A model generated the notes under the pieces. That model did no database searches. It saw nothing but the letters and a program-made list of their open reading frames with translations, and had not been told where the DNA came from. Shown here one piece after another: positions 50,187 through 57,762 of a stretch of 64,000 nucleotides of DNA. The DNA is from Candidatus Kerfeldbacteria bacterium (GTDB taxonomy: Bacteria; Patescibacteriota; Patescibacteriia; UBA10025; JAHIVO01), in contig CP181398.1 of NCBI GenBank assembly GCA_047946875.1, forward strand, positions 271,154 to 335,153, given 5' to 3'. Made by a program: the position numbers and the translations under genes. Numbering within the stretch: position 1 is the stretch's first letter; each line of letters starts with the position of its first letter.

Positions 50187-51311
50187 ATGAGAATTGGAAT
50201 TGATGCTAGATTTTATGGATCGTGGGGGAAAGGTTTGGGTCGTTACACTCAAAAATTAATTGCTTATTTAGAAAAAATTGATCAAAGCAATGATTATTTT
50301 ATTTTGCTAAGAAAGGATAATTGGGGTGAATATGAACCCAAGAATCGTCGCTTTAAGAAAGTTTTAGCTGATTATAGTTGGTATTCAATTAATGAACAAT
50401 TATATTTTCCTAGAGCATTAAATAAGTTAAATTTAGATTTAATGCATTTTACTCATTTTAATGTACCATTTTTGTATCGAAAACCATTTGTTGTAACCAT
50501 TCATGATTTAATTCTAACTAAATATCCTACTGAAAGGGCTACAACATTAGGACCACTAAAATATAAATTAAAACATTTTGGATATAAATTAATTATTGGT
50601 TCTGCTATTCGTAGAGCTAAATCAATTATTGCTGTTTCAAAATTTACCAAACAAGATATTTCGGACCATTTTGAAGTTGCCTCAAAAAAAATATCAGTCA
50701 CTCATGAAGGTGTTGATCCATTAATTGTAGACTCGCAAGATACAAAAAATGTTTTATCAAATTATAATATTCACAGTCCTTATATATTGTATGTAGGTAA
50801 TGTCTATCCTCATAAAAATATTGATGGGCTTGTTAAAGCTTGGAAAAAAGTTATTACAATAAAGAAAGATTTAAAGCTAGTTTTGGTTGGTAAGGAAGAT
50901 TATTTCTTTCTAAAGATTCAGGAATTAGTAAAACAAAATAATTTAGATGATTCTATAATATTTACTGGATTTGTACCTGATAAAGATCTACCACATATAT
51001 ATAAGGCAGCATCAATGTATATTTTTCCTTCATTTTGTGAAGGTTTTGGTTTGCCTGCATTAGAAGCTTGTTATAGTGGGGTACCTGTTGCTGCTAGTGA
51101 TAATTCAAGCTTGCCAGAAGTATTGGGTAGAGCAGCTGTGTATTTTGATCCTCATAATGTAGACCAAATAGCAAAAAAGATTATATATGTATTAGATCAC
51201 CCCGAAGTTGCAGCAGAGCTAGTAAATAGAGGTCATGAGCAAGTAAGTAGGTTTAGTTGGGAAAAAATGGCTAAAGCTACTCTTGACTTATATGAGGATA
51301 TTATAGCATAG
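50187..51311 (+). CDS. Glycosyltransferase family 4
   Basis: EGFGLPALEACYSGVPVAAS. Confidence 0.75.
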   Translation: MRIGIDARFYGSWGKGLGRYTQKLIAYLEKIDQSNDYFILLRKDNWGEYEPKNRRFKKVLADYSWYSINEQLYFPRALNKLNLDLMHFTHFNVPFLYRKPFVVTIHDLILTKYPTERATTLGPLKYKLKHFGYKLIIGSAIRRAKSIIAVSKFTKQDISDHFEVASKKISVTHEGVDPLIVDSQDTKNVLSNYNIHSPYILYVGNVYPHKNIDGLVKAWKKVITIKKDLKLVLVGKEDYFFLKIQELVKQNNLDDSIIFTGFVPDKDLPHIYKAASMYIFPSFCEGFGLPALEACYSGVPVAASDNSSLPEVLGRAAVYFDPHNVDQIAKKIIYVLDHPEVAAELVNRGHEQVSRFSWEKMAKATLDLYEDIIA

Positions 51312-51382
51312 CAATTTTTTGTTAAAAGTATTATAATAGTTAAATAAGAAGCATAAATATTTTTTGTAGGAGTGTATATATA

Positions 51383-53752
51383 TTGAAAAAAAATATGGAT
51401 TTTGCTGATAAAAAAGCGCACTTAAAATTTAATAAAAGATCAAAAAATGGACATAGACAAAGCGGTCCTAATTTTGGTATACCACATGCTAATATAATTG
51501 ATTTGAAGAAGATTCATAATGAAAAGAAAGAAAAGGAAAAACAGATAATTAAAGATAATGAAAATATTATAACTAAAATTAGTAATATTAAATGGCCCAA
51601 GTTAAGTATCCCAAAAAAGATTCATCACAAAACAGCCTTGGAAAAAATACTGGTATCAAAAATTAATCAAGATGCACCAACTGAGATAAGTATAAATAAA
51701 AAAAAGGAGAATCAGAAAACAGCAAAACAAATTCCAACTAAACCAGATATTAATCAAATTAAATTAGACGTTAAACAGTTCTCACTATCCTCTGGTTGGT
51801 ATAAGCGTTTAGCTGTGTTTTCTTTAGTTTCACTAGCAATAATTGCACCAATATACTTAATGAATTTTTACGAAAATGCTAAGCAGACGCAAGGTCAAGT
51901 CTTGGGAATATCTTCAGAAGCATATGATTTTTTGAAAGAAGCGGGGTCTTTTGCTACATCTTCAGAATTCAGTGAGGCAGGAGAATCATTTGGTAAAGCT
52001 GCTGAAAGTTTTATAGAGGCGCAAGATCAATTAGAATCAGCTGGAGGAGTGGTATTGTCAATCGCAAATATAGTACCTAATAAGGCTAAAAGTGCAGAAT
52101 ATCTTTTATCAGCTGGGGCGCATATGAGTAAGGCAGGAGTTCTTGTTTCTGAGATTATACCTGAATTAGAAAATTTTGATGTTAATCCATTAGATAATAA
52201 GCAAGTTACGACACTAACTGATTTTTTATTTTTTATTAAAACAGAGTTACAACCAGTACAGACTGAGTTAGAATTAGCTATTAGTGATATTGATAATGTA
52301 AGAACTAAAGATTTGCCTGATGAGTATCAAGAAAGTATGGCACTAGTAAAAAATTCTTTACCAGCTTTGGAAAATGGTTTTGATAGGATATTTTCAGTTG
52401 CAGATGTATTACTAGTTATATTGGGGCATGAAGCTCCACAAAGATATTTACTTACTTTCCAAAATAATAGAGAATTACGACCGACTGGTGGGTTTATAGG
52501 ATCTATTGCTCTGATGGATATTTATAAAGGCAATATAGAAAATTTGGAAGTTCCTGGTGGCGGTGTTTATGATATTGCTGGACAATTAAATGAAAAAATT
52601 ATATCACCTAAACCTCTTTGGCTAGTAAATCCACATTGGAATATTCAAGATAGTAACTGGTTTGCTGATTTTCCAACTTCAGCAGAAAAAATAATTTGGT
52701 TTTATGAAAGAGCTGGCCGTACAACTGTAGATGGTGTGATGAGTATGACCCCTGAGGTGATATTAGATCTATTGAAGATTACAGGGCCTATCGTAATGGA
52801 TGATTATGGATTAACTATCGATCATAGTAATTTTATTAGAGAAACACAGTACCAAGCAGAGATTGCTTATGATAAAGAAGAAAATCAACCAAAAAAGATA
52901 ATTGGCGATATGTTACCAAAATTGTTTGATAAAATATTTTTAGTAGAATCTACTGACTTTTTGAAGATAGTTGATGTGTTCAATAAATCATTAGGAAACA
53001 AAGATATTTTATTTTATTTTACAGATGAAAACTTGGAGAATAAAATTAATGAACTTTCATGGGGAGGTAAGATTATAGATACAAATAAAGATTATTTGAT
53101 GGTAGTTAGTTCTAATATTGCTGGAGGTAAAACTGATCACGTTGTTGATCAACTAGTTTCTCACGAAGTAAATATCCAATCAGATGGATCAATGATTAAT
53201 ACAGTAAAAATTTCAAGGACACATCAAGGTAACAGTTTAGATATATGGGAAGGGGAAGACAATGTATCATACTTACGAATTTATGTACCTAAGGGAAGTG
53301 AGTTAGTGTCTATAGAGGGTTATGATAATATACCAAGTTTTAGATATTTATTACCAGATCAAGATGCAACAACAGATGATTTCTTATCCAACATTGAACG
53401 AAATTCAATTATTGACGAATCGACAGGCACAAGAATAACTACAGAATTTAATAAGACGGTTTTTGGTAATTGGATAAGTATTTCTCCTGGAGAAACACAG
53501 GAGTTAATAATCTCATACAAATTACCATTTAATCTGGATTTTGGTGGATTATTTGATAAAACAGATTCCTATAGATTGTATGTACAAAAACAACCAGGTT
53601 TAATAAATAATTTCTTTACTACCAAGGTTAATTGGTCTGATGATATTAGCTTGATTTGGAATCAGGCTGGGTTTACGATTGATGAACATTCAGCTGAATA
53701 TGTAACAGATCTTGATAGTGATAAAATATTAGGGGTGATAATTAAGAAGTAA
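51383..53752 (+). CDS. Large membrane-anchored protein (possibly DUF4012-like)
   Basis: 789-aa ORF with a basic N-terminus and one TM helix near residue 140. The domain guess is from memory only. Confidence 0.35.
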   Translation: MKKNMDFADKKAHLKFNKRSKNGHRQSGPNFGIPHANIIDLKKIHNEKKEKEKQIIKDNENIITKISNIKWPKLSIPKKIHHKTALEKILVSKINQDAPTEISINKKKENQKTAKQIPTKPDINQIKLDVKQFSLSSGWYKRLAVFSLVSLAIIAPIYLMNFYENAKQTQGQVLGISSEAYDFLKEAGSFATSSEFSEAGESFGKAAESFIEAQDQLESAGGVVLSIANIVPNKAKSAEYLLSAGAHMSKAGVLVSEIIPELENFDVNPLDNKQVTTLTDFLFFIKTELQPVQTELELAISDIDNVRTKDLPDEYQESMALVKNSLPALENGFDRIFSVADVLLVILGHEAPQRYLLTFQNNRELRPTGGFIGSIALMDIYKGNIENLEVPGGGVYDIAGQLNEKIISPKPLWLVNPHWNIQDSNWFADFPTSAEKIIWFYERAGRTTVDGVMSMTPEVILDLLKITGPIVMDDYGLTIDHSNFIRETQYQAEIAYDKEENQPKKIIGDMLPKLFDKIFLVESTDFLKIVDVFNKSLGNKDILFYFTDENLENKINELSWGGKIIDTNKDYLMVVSSNIAGGKTDHVVDQLVSHEVNIQSDGSMINTVKISRTHQGNSLDIWEGEDNVSYLRIYVPKGSELVSIEGYDNIPSFRYLLPDQDATTDDFLSNIERNSIIDESTGTRITTEFNKTVFGNWISISPGETQELIISYKLPFNLDFGGLFDKTDSYRLYVQKQPGLINNFFTTKVNWSDDISLIWNQAGFTIDEHSAEYVTDLDSDKILGVIIKK

Positions 53753-53843
53753 AATGTAGTATATTTATTGGGGTTAATTTAATATGAGTAATAATTTTTT
53801 AGCTAATTTTAGCTAATTTTTTTATTATTGTGGATATTACCCC

Positions 53844-53872
53844 TTGACAGGGAATAGTAGTAGGTATATGAT
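53844..53872 (+). promoter_or_regulatory. Near-consensus sigma70 promoter
   Basis: TTGACA-17 nt-TATGAT. Confidence 0.45.
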
Positions 53873-54028
53873 TATAAGTTATATTGTTTTTTACAACTAA
53901 ATATGTAAATAACTCTTTGAGGAGAGAGTTATCAATTAAGCATTATAATAGTGCTTATGATATAAACTATTTGAATTGAATTCTATTTATTAACAATAGA
54001 ACCAATAACTAAATTAATGTAATCAAAT

Positions 54029-54067
54029 GGCGAACTCTCCTAAAAGAAAGTTCGCTTCTTGTTTTTT
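54029..54067 (+). terminator. Rho-independent terminator
   Basis: GGCGAACT...AGTTCGC followed by TTCTTGTTTTTT. Confidence 0.55.
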
Positions 54068-54218
54068 AGGGAATGAAAAGGGGGGCTAGAAAAATGATAT
54101 CAATATGGATTAGTTTTTCTCTCGGTGTAAACTGAGAATTCACTAATCTTGGTATCTGGTGTATGCGTCAAACTTACGTGCGACTAAGCTATACCACTAG
54201 CAACCTTCTCATTCTTTG
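54068..54218 (+). repeat. Repeat family A, copy 1 (variant closing helix)
   Basis: Near-identical to copies 2-4 across about 140 nt. Ends TAGGGAATGA / TCATTCTTTG. Confidence 0.8.
54094..54135 (+). CDS. Leader uORF MISIWISFSLGVN (copy 1)
   Basis: AAAAGGGGGG SD 8 nt upstream of ATG. Conserved across 4 repeat copies. Confidence 0.35.
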   Translation: MISIWISFSLGVN

Positions 54219-54229
54219 AAAAAAAATTT

Positions 54230-54327
54230 CGAGTGGGTATAAGGTCACCTATTAGCATTCTCACGGATGAGGTGTTACCGTCTTAAATAATATAGGCGTT
54301 GGGGTGTGCAGATCCCCCTTCCACTCG
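54230..54327 (+). other. Structured 98-nt element (7-bp closing helix CGAGTGG/CCACTCG with internal hairpins)
   Basis: Long-range perfect complementarity plus GGGGtgtgcagatCCCC and CACCT...AGGTG hairpins. Lies between repeat A1 and cargo gene 1. Confidence 0.3.
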
Positions 54328-54372
54328 ACAAAATTATTCGTTAAAAAACGAGTATTGCTATTAGCAATTTGT

Positions 54373-54407
54373 GGGCGAGGTTACGGAAGCTTCGCCACCT
54401 TTTTCCA
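54373..54407 (+). terminator. Hairpin followed by T-run
   Basis: GGGCGAGG...CTTCGCC then CCTTTTTCC. Confidence 0.4.
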
Positions 54408-54479
54408 GCGGGCATCTGCTATTGTGGATGTTTGCTGAAAAAAGGGATAAAAAAGTACAAAAGGCAAAAGGAGAGCAGT

Positions 54480-54725
54480 ATGTCTGGCATATTTCTTAAA
54501 AACGTATTTGATCGCATAACAGCTTTAATGAGTAAGGCGATCGTATACAACTTCTCAGCAGATCAAAATCAACGTGATATAAGCGATCGTATAGGTACTC
54601 TAAACGATCAAATCATCAAATATGATAGTGATCTCAGCTGGGGGAATATTGAGAAGTCTGAATCTACTGAAGCAGATTTTCTTAAAGAGTTCGAAGAAAT
54701 TGAAGCAATTATTGTTACTTTCTAA
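54480..54725 (+). CDS. Cargo gene 1: small acidic protein (81 aa; start moved to ATG 54480)
   Basis: AAGGAGAG SD 6 nt upstream. The track ORF starts further upstream at 54369 with no RBS. Confidence 0.45.
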   Translation: MSGIFLKNVFDRITALMSKAIVYNFSADQNQRDISDRIGTLNDQIIKYDSDLSWGNIEKSESTEADFLKEFEEIEAIIVTF

Positions 54726-54808
54726 ATTCTTTTCCTGGGGAATGGATTTAATTCATTCCCCACACATTTCTAGAGAATCAAGTAATTGGTTAACTGGAAA
54801 TATGCTAA

Positions 54809-54999
54809 AGTTCTTTACATCAATATTTCACAGTTAGAAAAGGGGGGCTAGAAAAATGATATCAATATGGATTAGTTTTTCTCTCGGTGCAAACTGAGAA
54901 TTCACTAATCTTGGTATCTGGTGTATGCGTCAAACTTACGTGCGACTAAGCTATACCACCCGCCCAAGGCGGATAAACTAGCAATCTTCTCTAACTGTG
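54809..54999 (+). repeat. Repeat family A, copy 2 (19-nt hairpin insertion)
   Basis: CACAGTTAGA...TCTAACTGTG closing inverted repeat. Insertion CCGCCCAAGGCGG at 54959-54977. Confidence 0.8.
54856..54897 (+). CDS. Leader uORF MISIWISFSLGAN (copy 2)
   Basis: Same SD and spacing as copy 1. Confidence 0.35.
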   Translation: MISIWISFSLGAN

Positions 55000-55030
55000 A
55001 AAATATTGCTATAAGTTTTAAAAATGGAGG

Positions 55031-55273
55031 ATGAAGATGAATTCCATATGGGAAGTAGTAAAAGGCTTCATTAGTTCAATAATAGTACCTTACATTGGTA
55101 TTTGGACAATTGAAGGGACTCTGGAAGGTACAATATGTATTTATAAGTTACCGATTTATATGGTAACTGGAACTGGAGTTTGTATACTAATTCTCTTCAT
55201 TTGTTTCATAATTCATGTTGTTATTGAAGAGATTTGTGAGAAAATTAACAATAAACTTCATCAGTCCATATAG
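55031..55273 (+). CDS. Cargo gene 2: small two-TM membrane protein (start possibly 55037)
   Basis: GGAGG SD. ATG at 55037 has better spacing. Confidence 0.45.
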   Translation: MKMNSIWEVVKGFISSIIVPYIGIWTIEGTLEGTICIYKLPIYMVTGTGVCILILFICFIIHVVIEEICEKINNKLHQSI

Positions 55274-55294
55274 CAGATGTTAAATGTTCTTTAC

Positions 55295-55328
55295 GGAGAA
55301 AGCCTAAAAAACTTTCTCCACTTTTTCC
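55295..55328 (+). terminator. Rho-independent terminator
   Basis: GGAGAAAG-cctaaaaaa-CTTTCTCC followed by ACTTTTTCC. Confidence 0.5.
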
Positions 55329-55375
55329 AAGAAATAATGCAAATTGTTTGCTGAAAAAAGGGAATGTTCTTTATA

Positions 55376-55536
55376 TCAATATTTCATGGTTAGAAAAGGG
55401 GGGCTAGAAAAATGATATCAATATGGATTAGTTTTTCTCTCGGTGCAAACTGAGAATTCACTAATCTTGGTATCTGGTGTATGCGTCAAACTTACGTGCG
55501 ACTAAGCTATACCACTAGCAACCTTCTCTAACTGTG
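55376..55536 (+). repeat. Repeat family A, copy 3
   Basis: CATGGTTAGA...TCTAACTGTG. One extra C at 55441 frameshifts the uORF tail. Confidence 0.8.
55411..55464 (+). CDS. Leader uORF MISIWISFSLRCKLRIH (copy 3, frameshifted C-terminus)
   Basis: Same SD and start. A 1-nt insertion changes the last residues. Confidence 0.3.
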
Positions 55537-55574
55537 AAAAAACAATAAACATCATATAAACCTGGAGTAATGAA

Positions 55575-55955
55575 ATGATTACTGATCACGTAGAGTGGGC
55601 TCGTAAGCTGACGGAAGAGATGACTCGTGAACTCGAGGAATTACTTGCCCGTCACGGCTATCGGTTTATCGAAAGGGAAGATCTTGTTCCAGGCAGAAGG
55701 TTTCAAATGGTTGAAATATGGCCATTTGTACCGATAGAAAACCCTCGGTTCGTAGGCACTCAGGTAATGATCGATGATCCTGGTATTCGTACTTGTGATC
55801 ACCCTGATCTTCCGGATGAGTATGTATATTATCATTCGGTGGGATGGAAGAGACAGTGCTTCGTTCCGTTGGAAATGTTTCTTAATCGGCAAGCCGGACC
55901 GCATGACAATAGACAATACGCCTACGTTGTCCCAAATTTCGGAGGTTGTATGTGA
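55575..55955 (+). CDS. Cargo gene 3: hypothetical protein, about 47% GC (foreign composition)
   Basis: Compositional outlier. Its last 14 nt are part of repeat B. Confidence 0.5.
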   Translation: MITDHVEWARKLTEEMTRELEELLARHGYRFIEREDLVPGRRFQMVEIWPFVPIENPRFVGTQVMIDDPGIRTCDHPDLPDEYVYYHSVGWKRQCFVPLEMFLNRQAGPHDNRQYAYVVPNFGGCM

Positions 55956-56092
55956 CATTTATTCCAAAGTCCCAGAACCAAAACTGGTAGGATAGTTACC
56001 TGAAACAGAATAACTCGGGAAGAGATCTTTTCTTCCCGTACTTTTCCAGAATATCATGAGAGTGGTGTTTTGAAAAAGTGATTGAACATTAC
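55942..56092 (+). repeat. Repeat family B, copy 1
   Basis: About 150 nt, roughly 90% identical to copy 2. Contains perfect hairpin CGGGAAGA-gatctt-TCTTCCCG (56016-56038). Confidence 0.75.
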
Positions 56093-56112
56093 ATATAAAG
56101 AAGGGAATAATA

Positions 56113-56259
56113 ATGAATATTACTATAATATCATTAGCGCTTCTGGCAATAGTCTGTGGATGTAGATTGTATTTTTCTAAAAACGGAAAAATTCAGTTTT
56201 TAGCAGCAATCGAAGGGATAGCAATAATTATCGTAATAGTTACCACACAGATTAATTAG
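56113..56259 (+). CDS. Cargo gene 4: 48-aa small membrane protein
   Basis: AAGGGAAT SD-like sequence upstream. Two hydrophobic segments. Not in the ORF track because it is under 60 aa. Confidence 0.4.
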   Translation: MNITIISLALLAIVCGCRLYFSKNGKIQFLAAIEGIAIIIVIVTTQIN

Positions 56260-56334
56260 TCAGAGTATTATTGTTCCATAGGAAGGAAGTACAAAAATGG
56301 ATAAGATTCAAATTGAATTGGAAATTATCTAAAT

Positions 56335-56368
56335 GGGCGAGGTATTGAGAATTTCGCCCCTTTTTTTC
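56335..56368 (+). terminator. Rho-independent terminator
   Basis: GGGCGAGG...TTTCGCCCC followed by TTTTTTT. Confidence 0.55.
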
Positions 56369-56410
56369 AGCGGGCATTTGCTATTGTGAATGTTTGCTGA
56401 AAAAAAGGAA

Positions 56411-56582
56411 AGTTCTTTACATCAATATTTCACAGTTAGAAAAGGGGGGCTAGAAAAATGATATCAATATGGATTAGTTTTTCTCTCGGTGCAAACTGAG
56501 AATTCACTAATCTTGGTATCTGGTGTATGCGTCAAACTTACGTGCGACTAAGCTATACCACTAGCAACCTTCTCTAACTGTG
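56411..56582 (+). repeat. Repeat family A, copy 4
   Basis: CACAGTTAGA...TCTAACTGTG. Confidence 0.8.
56458..56499 (+). CDS. Leader uORF MISIWISFSLGAN (copy 4)
   Basis: Same SD and spacing. Confidence 0.35.
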   Translation: MISIWISFSLGAN

Positions 56583-56608
56583 AAATAAAATATAGAATAA
56601 GGAGAATT

Positions 56609-57127
56609 GTGATGAAACTTACACATTTCATTAACTGCAAATTCGATTGGTATTACCGCCTGACATTATGTCTCTTGGTATATTTCTTTACCAATTCATA
56701 TTACGTAAGTGGTCAAATCACTTATTGGAACAGTATTGGTGCGTTTATAACTGGATCGTTACTTATCAATATCATTTATGTGTTGATAACAATGATTGCA
56801 GTATATCCTTTGCACTTATTGTATTTGTTCGTTGCATCTAAGATTGCAGTCAAGAAAAAAAGACCAAAAAAAGATGAATATTGTGTCAGTTGTAGGTATT
56901 TATCGGTAACAACATTCATCGTTGTATTAACTTATGCAACTTATAAGTTTACGATTGGTGAAGCTGTTTTATGGGAAGCTGTTGTTGGGGGATTGTTGGG
57001 TGCTATCGTTGTGAATTTGATGATCCGGTTTATAGGTTGTCTAACTTTTTGGCCACTACATTCATTTTTCAATTTTGTATGGTACAAATTGTTCAAAAGA
57101 AATGTCGTACAAGCATCCACATGTTAG
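56609..57127 (+). CDS. Cargo gene 5: four-TM membrane protein
   Basis: AAGGAGAA SD. GTG/ATG start. Confidence 0.5.
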   Translation: MMKLTHFINCKFDWYYRLTLCLLVYFFTNSYYVSGQITYWNSIGAFITGSLLINIIYVLITMIAVYPLHLLYLFVASKIAVKKKRPKKDEYCVSCRYLSVTTFIVVLTYATYKFTIGEAVLWEAVVGGLLGAIVVNLMIRFIGCLTFWPLHSFFNFVWYKLFKRNVVQASTC

Positions 57128-57189
57128 TATTTTTTCACAAGTGAGATTAGACCTAGTGTCTTGATCTTGAAAAGTTCCTCTTTATTCTA

Positions 57190-57340
57190 GAGGTTATATG
57201 TGACATTTGTCCCAAGGTTCCAGAACCTATAACTGGTAGGGTAGTTACCTGAAACAGAATAACTCGGGAAGAGATCTTTTCTTCCCGTACTTTTCCAGAA
57301 TATCATGAGAGTGGTATTTTGAAAAAGTGATTGAACATTA
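57190..57340 (+). repeat. Repeat family B, copy 2
   Basis: Near-identical to copy 1, including the CGGGAAGA...TCTTCCCG hairpin. Confidence 0.75.
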
Positions 57341-57365
57341 TAACTAAATATAGATCGGAGAAAAT

Positions 57366-57521
57366 ATGTACGAATATGTAGGTATTGCAATTGGTATCAT
57401 GTTACTTGCTTATGTTGCCTATAAATATTTGGTTGCATCTGTAGTATCATGGTTTGTCTGTATGGCAATCGATAAACTGTTTGAAACCCATAATATAAGT
57501 ATGGGAAGAATAGGAAGGTAA
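57366..57521 (+). CDS. Cargo gene 6: 51-aa small membrane protein
   Basis: GGAG SD upstream. Hydrophobic core. Stop overlaps the next gene's start region. Confidence 0.4.
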   Translation: MYEYVGIAIGIMLLAYVAYKYLVASVVSWFVCMAIDKLFETHNISMGRIGR

Positions 57522-57522
57522 A

Positions 57523-57762
57523 ATGTACTATCGTCATGATGAAAGAATGATGAAAATGAATATGGCTTTAGTCTTAGTCCTAGTGCCAATTCTATTCGTA
57601 GTCACTTTCGGAATTTCTGCATTAGGATGGGGTAGCCTCGACTCTTTTATGAGAGGTTTTATGGGTTATACCACTCTTATATTTGGAGGTGTATGGTTGG
57701 CTGTCCTTGAAGGAGAAACAAAAGATTTCCGATCCAGGGTCAAGGCAATGATATGGTCATAA
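57523..57762 (+). CDS. Cargo gene 7: 79-aa two-TM membrane protein
   Basis: GGAAGG SD. Translationally coupled to gene 6. Confidence 0.45.
   Translation: MYYRHDERMMKMNMALVLVLVPILFVVTFGISALGWGSLDSFMRGFMGYTTLIFGGVWLAVLEGETKDFRSRVKAMIWS

Noticed and set aside
53795-53816. TTAGCTAATTT tandem duplication as a microsatellite or phase-variation tract.
   Set aside because: It has only two units and lies in a non-coding AT-rich spacer, so it is too short to call.
54140-54215. Reverse complement of repeat A (GGTATAGCTTAGTCGCACGTAAG...) looks like the 5' half of a tRNA (acceptor plus D-arm).
   Set aside because: I could not form an anticodon stem or T-arm, so it is not a tRNA.
54230-54327. The 98-nt structured element as a tRNA or fluoride riboswitch.
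   Set aside because: D-stem and T-loop fail on hand-folding. Only a loose GGATGAGG resemblance to the crcB motif, with no supporting pseudoknot partners identified.
54369-54725. Track ORF start at 54369 (MWARLRKL...) for cargo gene 1.
   Set aside because: The upstream part runs through a terminator hairpin and T-run and has no RBS. ATG 54480 has AAGGAGAG at ideal spacing.
55641-55995. ORFs 55641-55958 (minus) and 55774-55995 (plus) overlapping cargo gene 3.
   Set aside because: These are alternative-frame artefacts of a high-GC gene. Only 55575-55955 has an SD and a sensible start.
54068-56582. Repeat A as integron attC sites or cassette boundaries.
   Set aside because: The closing repeats read GTTAGA at the 5' end and TCTAAC at the 3' end. 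This is the reverse of attC, which runs R'' RYYYAAC ... R' GTTRRRY. The covariation needs G-U pairs, so it points to RNA rather than DNA structure. No intI is present, and the cargo ORFs have their own SDs and lie downstream of the elements, not upstream.
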